A stretch of 64,000 nt of DNA from Eledone cirrhosa. Lineage: Eukaryota. The stretch is taken from NCBI GenBank assembly GCA_964016885.1, contig OZ024743.1:277822001-277886000 (forward strand), in the 5' to 3' direction. Position numbers and translations under genes: made by a program. Of this stretch, positions 52,766 to 64,000 are shown one piece after another (position 1 is the stretch's first letter; every line of letters starts with the position of its first letter). The notes beneath the pieces were generated by a model that saw only the letters and a list, made by a program, of their open reading frames with translations, ran no database searches and was not told where the DNA came from.

Positions 52766-55742
52766 ATAGTTATTAGTCTTATTTTCATTGAATGTTGGCA
52801 ATGCATTATCGAGCATAGCTTTGTGTGCCTTGGGTATATGCAGTATTGTTTTTGGTGCAAACATTTATATTGTATTGAGAGTACACTTCGCAATATGTGT
52901 TCAGTGCATAGTTGTGCTATTTACTATATGATGTATATATTTTCAGCTCTGGGGGTATCAAGACAGAAATGACTGAGAAATTGTTCTCCTAAACTTGAGG
53001 TGTTTATGCTGTTGATATTTTGAATGTATTAATTATATTAAAGTATATTTGGGTTGTTTTATATGCATAGTTGCAATGTGACTTAAAACTATACACTGTA
53101 TTTCATGTATTGCTTGATCTTACCATTATCACATTTCGTTAATGTACAGGCAAGAAAACGAGAAATTATAATTCTAGTTTGATAGTTTTCTCCTCATATC
53201 TGGGGGAAATGAATGAACATATTTATCATGCAAGGTTTCAGAACTTGTTTACCCAGATTTGTAAGCTTCTTTTCATAGCAGTTTATTTATGGTTTCTTCA
53301 AGAGAGCATTTTGAAGAATTTTGGGTGAAATCAAAATATCTCTGGATATTCTCTGGTTACCCTATCCTAAATGTTTGCAAGAAAGTGAATTCTGTTATAT
53401 GAACCCAAGAGCCGAGTGGTAGTGTTGAATTTTGTTACGGATTTCTTCTGCTTAGTGAAAAACAGAAACTTTGACAGGCTTTGGAACTATATGAAGATCA
53501 TGTCTTTATTGCAATGCATACAACTAAAATACTCCGTGAATATATTTTGTCACTTTGCATCGAAATCCTTAGAGTCATCAAACAATATTTAGCACTGGGA
53601 TATGACAAGGGAAGAAGGAGAGTGAGTGAGAGAACGCGAGCTAGCGTTGAATTTGTGAGACTGAACAATTGACAATTCTGCTTCAGATTCAGCAAGACAA
53701 GCAACGTATTGAGTTCGTCATTGTGTAATACATACATCCACTAGTTATTTTTCCAGTGTTTTATTATTAAAATGTTTCGTAATATCACCAATATATCATC
53801 CAAAATTTATTTCCTGCTTCCAGCTGCCGTGCCAAAAAGATTTTTAGAAACTATTATGCAATTAAAAATATTTTAGCCAAAGATATTTTAATATTAAACA
53901 CGCATTATCCAACAATATTTAAAAACTAGCCATATGGTATCTAATGTTAAATTAGATAAAGTTACTGCCAATATTATTTTGCTACCAACTATGTATTTTC
54001 GAGGAGACATCTGGCCATTGGCCATGTATTATTCTACGTATTTTCTGCAGCCAATTTTAGTGCCCAACAACCACGTATTATCTAGGCATCAACATGATAA
54101 ACCAGTGTAATAAGAAACTATATTTGGGATATCTATACACAAGTTGCAGTTCCTATTTCCTCCTTTTGTCATAAGCATTCACAAAATTCTTGCAGCTCGT
54201 TTCCCGACATATATTGTGAAATGAATTTGGTTCAAACTAGGAAATTAAAGACAAGAAAACTAATATCGATTTATTACATATCCTACATTCTTCGATGGGT
54301 AATATTAATAACTAATGTAAATTTAAAGCCTGACACCAATAATGACACTTTCAAAAACAGTAGAGTCAGGATGTTTGACCAATCATAAAGACGGCAAGTG
54401 CAAGAGCCAAGAGCTACACAAAAATGTAAGCTACGCACTTATGAATTAAGCTCGATCATGTATGAATGTGTGTGTTTCTAGAAATGAACGTATGTATAAA
54501 TATATCATTTCCTTTTGTACATTGTTTATGTATACATATGAATATGTGTATATAAATATCAATGAATGGGCAGAAGGATAATTAGGATTTTCTCATCATC
54601 AGAGTTTATGATCCGTAATAAACATTGATTCGAAAACTGAATAAAAAAGGTAATGGTATCTTATATCTACCTTCCTCCACTAGACTGGTATTTATTTCAC
54701 AGTTTATGGTGCGTTGAGTGGTTGAAAGACAAATATCTATCTGGAAATATCTATTTATCGAAAGGACGAATTCAGGTTAGAAATGTAAGCGAATGAACCA
54801 TTACTTAATGTTACGGTGTTGCCGGGGAATTGCACAGTCAGATGCTGCTATTACACAGTACTTACTATAAGAGAGATGAACATGCCTTTTCGGAATTAAT
54901 TAATTTGGCTTCTATTTCAATATAATACATGTAACTAATCTTCACCCTAGTTTAAAGTAAGCTCTAATCGAGCAAACATAAAAGTCAAAGGCATCTCAGA
55001 CAATCTCCTGATTTATATTTTTCAATGTGACCTTTGTTTATTAAACCGGAAGGGTGTGATTTAATATAAAGCTTGCTGCTATTTCTAGCAGGGAGACCGA
55101 ACGAATAGACATAAATGTTCTCTCATTTTATATTTTATATTTTTTTTAATTTCTTCATATGGAAATTTGTGAACAATAGCGTCGTTAGTTGCAGGTTTCC
55201 AGCAAACAAAACTCTAGTTCAGTACCTAACTAGTTGTTATGGAAGCCGCTGTCCCTTGCATAATGTTTTCGCCATAGCTGCAATGCTTGCAGATTCGCCG
55301 TATCGTGTACTGCGCAACCCCTCACACTATTACACGAGATTTCACTAACAACGAAAAACACTGACGTGGCTATCAACTTCTTTTCTTGCCAAACTGGTGA
55401 CAAATGGCATATTAAAATACAAAATAAAATAAGATAAAATAAAATCTAAACTTAAATTTGTTCTAAAAGCAATCTTTTCCCAAGGACACATCCATTGTTT
55501 AACTTTCTCTTTTTTTTTTTTTAATCTCTGGGTGAAGTAGCGAGGATAGGGAGGGCCCGCTTTTATGTTTTAGTATTTATATACAAATTGTACTGAGAAA
55601 TATTTTGCATTCTTCGACTGTATTCTGTAAAATAAGGCACTGAGTACGCAGCTTGGTATGTATGAATTCTGTTTATGAACATCATAACCCAATTACCAAC
55701 AATTTCTCCGACCCCCACTACCAAAAACAACAATAAAGATCG

Positions 55743-55827
<85 letters not shown>
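55743..55827. repeat. (CTA)n microsatellite
   Basis: Read directly. Confidence 0.98.
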
Positions 55828-56238
55828 GTTGTCGTTCTTGTTACTTCTGCTCTTACTGCTGGTACTATTGCTATTGGTGTCTGCTTATTTCAAATATTGT
55901 GGCGAAAACCCAGATATATACTTTTCGAAGAATAAAAACGAAACATTAAGACTCAGTTTTCCCAAGAGCATTAATGAAACAACTGAAGTGGCTCCAGTTG
56001 AAAGTTAAAACCAGGTCAGAGATTTGGTTCATTAAGAACATACTAACGCACTACGGTGCTCCATGATATCCCTCAATGTCCCATGATGCCCCACGACGCT
56101 GCTGAAGTTAATACTGTGATGATTAAGATAATAATCATTTCTAATTTTGGCACAAGGCCAGAAATTTGAAGGAAGAGGCTAGCTAAGTAAATAGACCCCA
56201 GTAAACGCGTTGTGCTTATTTCTTTGGTGTATCATGTT

Positions 56239-56426
56239 GTGGATTGGTAGTATCGGTAGAAGGATGGACGTCATGCTTTGCAGCATAGAATTACGGCCCT
56301 TCACGGTCTGAGTTCAAATCCCACCGAGGTTACCTTTGCCTTTCATCCGTACAGGGTTAATAAGATAAACCATCAATAATACACTGGGATAATTTCTGGC
56401 CTTGTGCCAAATGTAGAAACAATTAT
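56239..56426 (+). mobile_element. SINE family 1 inserted in an older antisense copy
   Basis: Consensus match. Antisense tail at about 56131-56220. Confidence 0.88.
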
Positions 56427-58021
56427 GTTAGAAGGTCCAGCAATCTTATCATACCACCGCTTTTCCTCTGAGTAAAAGTGGGATATTTGAATTCAAATTG
56501 CACAGAGCTGTAATATATACACTTCGATGCCACATCCGACGTTCTAACAATTTAATTAATAAATCAGCCTGGACGTAATAATTTATTTAACGTCTGCAAA
56601 TTAATGAAATGTAAAACTGAGCTTGGCATGATTTGAACTCATAGCACAGAGAGAGGGCCGGATCAAATACCGTAATGCATTTTTGTACATCAGCCATAAT
56701 ACGATATGAACCGCTGCTCAATGGGTTGATTGTTCGAAACACTTTCCACACAGTCACTATCGATCTCATAAGTGATATTGTAACATGATTTATATCTGTT
56801 TCAATAAATTGAAGATAAATTTGCTAATTTGAATGAGACGTTAAGACGTGAATTCTAACATTTAGGACATGGCCTCTCTTCGGAGAAAAAGAAAAGTATT
56901 ATTTTTCTCTCCAAAGAAACTTTAGAAGTCATACTTCTCTCTACATCATATAAACTTACGAACATTATTAACTTATATTTATCGACGTAGAAAGCCTCTA
57001 CATTCATTGAACTCTGGTTATCCACTATAAATTTACATTTAATATATGTTTGTCATCACATTCGAACATGATCGAATATTCTCATAACGAATAAAAAAGG
57101 CATGAAAGATTGATTTCCCTTATCTTGGGTTATCTAAAATAATGTTGGATAGTAAAATATGAGAATATAAAAGAGGCATGAAATATAGGAATTGATATAG
57201 TGGAGGATTGTGGGAGAATGTTTGGTGAAAATCTTGAGGGTAGAGAAACATAGCCTGGGTGGTGTAACGTTGACAGCCGGGTAGATTAGGTTGGTCCACC
57301 GGTTCTTGAAATATTCATTGATAAATGAATTTATTTTATTGAATCTGTCTGTCACAGTAAAAAAAAAGTGAATGTATTGGCTAACCAAAATAGCATTGTA
57401 ATAAATATGAACTGGCATTGATAATTTTTTTGAAAAATAAAAAAGTAAAATATATTTATACGATAAATGAGTGATAGTAAATCGTATATATATATGTACA
57501 AATATATGCACGGATGTGTGTGTATATATACATATAAATATATATATATATATATATAAATGAGATAGCAGCCAAAGTGTGTGATAAAGTTATATCTGTA
57601 TGAATACAAAGCGTATAACTGAGAGGGCACCAGCATCTATAAGAATATACACATATCTCATATCTAGACATGTAAGCATACCAACAAGTACGAATTTCCC
57701 TGTAAATTGAGAAAATGATATACATATTCAATCGATTTCAGATTTCATTGGTCCCTCATCAGAAGACGTGTGTATTATCCAATCAACTACAAAGAAACAT
57801 GTGTTTGATGGGTATATATACCCACTCGTCCTTAGTATTATTCTGAATGGGCCTACTAATTAGCTTATAATTAGCACTCCTGTTGGTAATTACTTAATAT
57901 ATATATATAGTAAGAAGTGTGCTAACAAACTAAGTATATGATAAAGTTATCTCCAAACTTAGCCGTTAAATACACACTCACACACACACATACACACCCA
58001 CACACCCACGCGCACACACAT

Positions 58022-58153
<132 letters not shown>

Positions 58154-58524
58154 CTTTTGAGGACTGTGTCCCCACTCACGAAGACGAAGAAACAGAAGAA
58201 TATATAATCATTTGACATAAGAAGTATTGGGAAAAAAATTATAATAGCACTTCACTGTAAATAACAGTTAAGAATATCGGGTAAACGACCTTTAGTGACG
58301 GAACAAAGTGGATAGAGGCACCTGCGAGGAATCGAGAAACGCATCTCTCGGGTGTGCACGAGTGCTTTGGCTATTATTCTAAAGGGTCCAGGGTCGTCTT
58401 TTAGAAAATAAAAAAATCATTGGGAAAAATTGAAATTTGAAATGTCATTTCAAATATATATTTTGCATTGCGAAAAGATTAAGAATAAATGTATTTAATA
58501 TCTGATGTATTGTTGAAGGTGCGG

Positions 58525-58760
58525 AGGTGCGTGATGTACTTGTTAGGGTATTTAGCTCCCGATCGTTAGGTCATGAGTTTTATTACAATACAGTCTATTT
58601 ATTTAAAGATGCTCCAGTCCACTCAACTGGAAAAAAGAGTTGTCTCTGTAGTTGAAAGGGCTAGACCTATCACACTGAATCTCCCCGAGACATACCTTAT
58701 TACTACATTTGTTCGTGGAATACTCAGCTATTCGTATGTTAATTTCACAAGCAGGCGCTG
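58525..58760 (+). mobile_element. SINE family 2, old and internally deleted
   Basis: GATGCTCCAGTCCACTCAACTGGAAAAAAGAGT and ACACTGAATCTC are shared with 38120-38405. Confidence 0.55.
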
Positions 58761-59692
58761 CAGCAGGTAGAACAACTACAGCATTCGCCGTCGGAATCCA
58801 TGGAGGTCCAACGCACGCGTACATAGCTTGTAGAAGCCACACTGAATATAGGTGTTACAAAAAGAAAGACGAATGCAGTGGTTCGGTTGATAATATATTT
58901 ATTGATAACGCAATAGAGATTATAGATGTAGAACTTGAGTGGAGGTTTCGGTGAATCTGGTTTTCTGATTTAAAGAGTCTAGATTCTAGTGATCAAAGGA
59001 AGTGAAACCATCTTTACTGAGCAGTTTCGCTTTACTGAGAAAACATCACGTGTTTCTAATATTTCTTGGCTCGAAAGAGAAATACTAAAACACTTTGACA
59101 TCGTTTGAGCTAATATTTAGCTTTCACCCGAAATTTATTTGATCAACCAGCGTTTCTAAAGCAGTTCCTCCGTGTATATCCTGTTTGGAATATGTACACC
59201 GTATTCTTGCGTGTCGTAAGAGGTGACTAAATGGGTCGGTGTAAGGAAGAGCATCCGACCATAAAACGTTGCCTCAGAGAGGACACCATGATGAGTATGA
59301 ATCTTTCATGGAGCCCAGAAGTCTATCCTCTACTGTAGCTTGAAAAATAGCCTTAAACGTTTGTTGCTGCTGTTTCTATAAAAAGTAATTTCGGAGGAAC
59401 CTGATCCATCTCTTTCTCTAAACTACCCACACCAGTCTATGAACTCAGTACAGCAAGAATATTAAGTAACCTTTAATATTTTGGCACTGTTATTAATTAT
59501 AATGATGAGTGATTCTTGGCGTGAGGCAAGTGGACTGGGTCACTTACGTGATAAATGTATTGACTAAAGAAAGACACAGCTGTCCAGAAAATATGATCAG
59601 AATAAATTCTCGTTTTAAAACAACTTGAATGGATAATAAATTTGTTATTGGATTACACTGAATATAAGTTGTTTCGTAATATTATTATTACA

Positions 59693-60935
59693 TTTACGTT
59701 CTGAGTTCAAATCCCACCACCGTAGATTTGCCTTTTATCCTTACGGAGTCGATAAAATAATGTATCAGTAATGCACCAATGTGATCGACTTTTCCCTCCC
59801 CCAAATTTGTAGTACTTGTCCCTAAATCAGACACCATTATTATAATAAAGCCAAGGTTAACTTTGTCTTTCATCCTTACGGATTCGATAAAATAAAGTAC
59901 CAGTAATGTACTAGATAATTGATGGCCTAAAGTAGAAACAACTATTATTATAAATTATGAAAAGGGCGGCATGGTCCTGGCTTCTTACATTCTGAGTTTA
60001 AATTTCACGGAAGTCAACTTGACCTTTACCACTCAATACAATATGGTAGCAATCAAGTACAGGGGTCGATATAATCGATAAAATCCTCGCCCGAAATTCC
60101 TTGCCTTGTGCCTAAGTTAGAAACAATTAATATTTGCAGCAAAGAGTTACGGCCCTTTATGGTCTGAGTTCAAATCCCGCCAAGGTTAACTTTGCCTTAC
60201 GGGGTCGATAAAATAAAGTACCAGTAATGTACTTGGTAATTGCTGGCCTTGTGCCAAAAGTAGAAACAATTATTTGTCAGACAAGGACAGTGGATTGTCA
60301 GAATCATTAGAGCGTCGGACAAAATGATTTGCGGCATTTAGCTACGTTCTGATTTCAAATAACACCGAGGTCAACTTTACTTTTCATCTTTCTGGGGTCG
60401 ATAAAATACCAGTTTAATGCTTGAGTTGATATAATCGGCCTTCCCTTCCTGCAAAATTGTTGGCTTTGTGTCTAAAGTAGAAACTATTATTAGGGTGGTG
60501 GATTTGTAGTATTTATAGAGCGTCGGACAGAATATTTCTTAGTATCTAATTACGACTGCTACGTTCTGACTTCAAATCACGCCGAGCTCAAATTGTCTGC
60601 CATCCTTCAGATGTCGATAAGATATAGTACCACTGAAGCACTAGGGTTGATATGATTTACTGTTCCTCTTTCCCCAAAATTGTTGGTGTTGTGCCTAAAA
60701 ATGGTTGGTCTTGTGCCTATTAGTGCAGTGGATTTACAGAATCGTTAGAGCCCCAGGCAAAGTGTCTTGAGGTATTTGCCCCGACTCCCTGCATTCTGAA
60801 TTGAAATCCTGCAATGGTTATCTGTGGTCGCTATCCTTTCGGGTAGGTAAATTAAAGTACTAGTCTAGTACTGGTATTGATTTAATCGATTAACACTTCT
60901 CCATAATATGTGGCCTTATGCCTATATAATATATT
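59693..60935 (+). mobile_element. Head-to-tail array of about seven SINE family 1 copies
   Basis: B boxes at about 59703, 59995, 60167, 60351, 60568 and 60798. Tails end in ATTATT. Confidence 0.87.
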
Positions 60936-61431
60936 ATTATTGTTAATATTATAGTTATTATGATTCCCTTTGGGGAAAGGTTAATCTGTCGATTGGTATG
61001 AAACTATCGTTTGCCTTTAATCTGTAAGGATGTTAAAGAGGTCATGACCTGCTCAGAAAACGGTCTAAAGGAATAATTGTCATATTAAATTACGTTTATT
61101 TTAACATACTCTGGTAGAGTTATATCAAAGCTTTAATTTTATCATCGGATCAAAAGGCAACGATTCCCCTAGACTCTTTTGCCCCTTCCCTTTTTCTATA
61201 TCTGTCTGCCTGTCTGTCTGTTTCTCTGTCTGTCTCTCTTTTTTCTTTCTCCCCACCCTTCGCTCTGGTACGCCTTAATTATTTCTAATGGCGATCTTAC
61301 TTGCTGGTGTTATGAAATAGTAATACATATATAAACGTACGTACGCGCAGCACACACAGACATTATACATATGTTGTACACACACACACACACAAACACA
61401 TATATATGTATGTGTGTGTGTGTGTGTGTGT

Positions 61432-61464
<33 letters not shown>

Positions 61465-62211
61465 CATATATATATTTATACACATACATGTATGGCGTAA
61501 TAGACACATGATATAAGAGAAAAAGTGTGAAAGAAATCAAAGTAAGCGGGCAGAAAAATATCGTTAGAATTAGGTGGAATAAGAGAAAGTGAGGAAAATA
61601 AATGAAAGCTTAGGTAAAATTGATAGAGCAAGACATAAATAAAGAGAGGGGGGGGGGGCAGAGAGACTGTCAGATAGAGAGTGAGGGAGAGAGAAGGAGA
61701 GAAATGCTAAATCGTATCTACCGACATAAAAAGTGTTTCAATAATGATGCCATTTGAACCATCGTTGTAAAACTACATTTGCTTGGTTTATTTTCAATTC
61801 GTGAATGGAATTGAAAAAAGGGGGAGGTAACAGCACTTGAATTTCATCCGATGTAAGTGAAGGGTATCTTTATATTAAATCTCCGATCTATATTTGCTTT
61901 GATGAGATTTAATTCCGAGTGGTGTAATAAGAAATTGCTATAAACTGATGTTGGGATAAATATTACGTCAGTGAAGCGATATTTTAAGGGTGCTGTTCAG
62001 AATGCTGATGTATTTCTTTTATCTTTATTTGTTTTCCCTCCAAATCAAGCATTTGGTGATAGGTTAATGGCAAAAACATTTGATCTGGATCAAGGAAGCA
62101 TCCAGTTCGTAGTCAAATAACTCGTATTTCTATATGTCTATGTGTTATTATGTGAGTCTATATGTATATGTGTTTGTATGTAACTGGAGAAAAATGTAGA
62201 TATAGATAGAT

Positions 62212-62297
<86 letters not shown>

Positions 62298-63676
62298 GGA
62301 GTGACTACCCGTTCATGTAGTTAAATATAAGGATACACGAATGGCTGGGTGTTGAAAACCGTCTCATCAATGACATCAAACAAATGGGTAAATGGGAAAT
62401 GTTAACTGACCAAAATAGTAATGAGAGTCTGATCACACACATTCAAATAACTACAGTCACTTCCATTTCGATGGTATTATGCTGTGATACGTTATTTGAT
62501 AAATCCTTTCCCAACTTCAGACGATGACTCACTCATACAGTCGGTTATAATTTAGTTTTGGTTAAGCAATAACGCCAATGAGACTTGTCAACATTTCTGA
62601 GGTTATTCCTGTACTAGGCATGTGTATCATAGTGATGTTTCACGGTGCAGACGACACACGACACGGTTGCCAAACAGACATCAGAATTTTGTTATTGAAA
62701 AGTCGCCTTTAATAGTTGAATAAACATTTAAGCAAATCTCTTAATTAATCCTAAGAAGTCTCTTCGTAGTCACCCAGCAAATTCTATCCTATCATTTTTA
62801 AAAAGGACACATTTAGTTGTTATTAGGTATAGCCTCAATATGATTCGTAATTCTTTATGAAGTAATCAGAGTGTTCAGTTTCCTGTCAATGGGAGGGCTT
62901 ATAGCGTTTACCTTTCTCTTTGCTAAGCCCAGTCTCACAAACCTTAATGTGTCCCTATTCCATAAATCCTAATTTTTATCACTGGTTATACTGCAGTACG
63001 CATGTGCATCAGTGCAAAGTTATTTGATGCAGACGACATGGTTGAGAAACAAACACTGCAGCTCCGTTCAGGCAATATTTAAGTAATTAATAGTTGAATA
63101 AATATTTAGGTAATTTTTAAAATTAATCCCAAGGAGAATCTGTTGTCGCTCGTCAAATCACAGTCTATCGTCAAATCACAGCCGATCATCCAGTCTATCT
63201 GGAAAAAGAAAGACTGGATGATCAAGACTAAGAATAATTGTGCTCATATGTCTGATCGAAAAGTTTAACCTCGAGATTCTTCGAAGTCGTTCGACAAATC
63301 AAAATCTACGGCCTCTTAAAAAGTACGTTTGACAAAAACTGCAAAAAAATTATTTTAAAAAATGGCTCATCACGACGGAAAAGTTTTTAGTCATTAGATT
63401 GATCGATCAAAACTAATCTGAAGTTGAAGAAAATAGTAACGACAAAAACATGGTCAATGTATTATCTCTTCCGCTACCATTAGTCATCTTTACAAGATGA
63501 CGAAATAACATATCATATCAAACCAAGGGACAGGCGGGTACAAAAGAGAGAGAGAGGACAATTGACAAAGAGAGAAAATTAGTGAATGAGAAGAAAGTCA
63601 GAGAAAGGTAGAAAAGATAAGTAAGACAGAAATATGTAGTGAGTGAGTGAGTGAGTGAGTGAGTGAGTGAGTGAGT

Positions 63677-63747
<71 letters not shown>

Positions 63748-64000
63748 TGCGGGGAAAGTGTGTGCTGTCAATAATATTCAGACAACGAAAGCTCGGCACT
63801 TTCAGGAAGAATGTTCTGCTGTGGAGAAGTATCTCTGTTACAGAAAGGTTGATATATATTTGTTTACTAGTGAAACGGGAGATGGACTAGTTAGATAAAT
63901 ATGCTAGACCTCATTAATGAATGATAAAATATAGTAACTCCATGCTGACATACAAATTTTAAACCACCCGTTGACGATGATTGTAAAACTCATGAAAAAT

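Noticed and set aside
52780-54300. Possible decayed coding sequence with faint similarity to 40560-41150
   Set aside because: No recognisable motif, and the similarity is too weak to support by eye.

Overview
Eukaryotic, AT-rich, repeat-saturated intronic or intergenic DNA. The microsatellite load and SINE types look cephalopod (Octopus)-like, which is an inference. I recognise no host gene, only two weak candidate exons. Mobile elements: four decayed Tx1/L1-clade LINE copies, Penelope-like element (PLE) remnants with minimal hammerhead ribozyme candidates, restriction-like-endonuclease (R4/Dong-type) LINE 3' ends, RTE fragments, more than 25 copies of one tRNA-derived SINE, two other SINE-like families, MITEs and a probable piggyBac relic. 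Tandem repeats: two minisatellite arrays and many microsatellites. Almost all long ORFs in the track are repeat artefacts. Main leads: (1) different retroelement families each sit in their own microsatellite (Tx1 in TATC, RLE and RTE-derived elements in TACA, PLE pLTRs in TA, SINE in TTA); (2) a 5' splice site overlaps the ORF1 stop in two diverged Tx1 copies and would fuse ORF1 in frame to ORF2; (3) several hammerhead ribozyme candidates, one split by a (TA)n-bounded inversion; (4) a palindromic element carries convergent tRNA-like units. Family names come from recalled motifs, not database searches. Boundaries of degenerate repeats are approximate.
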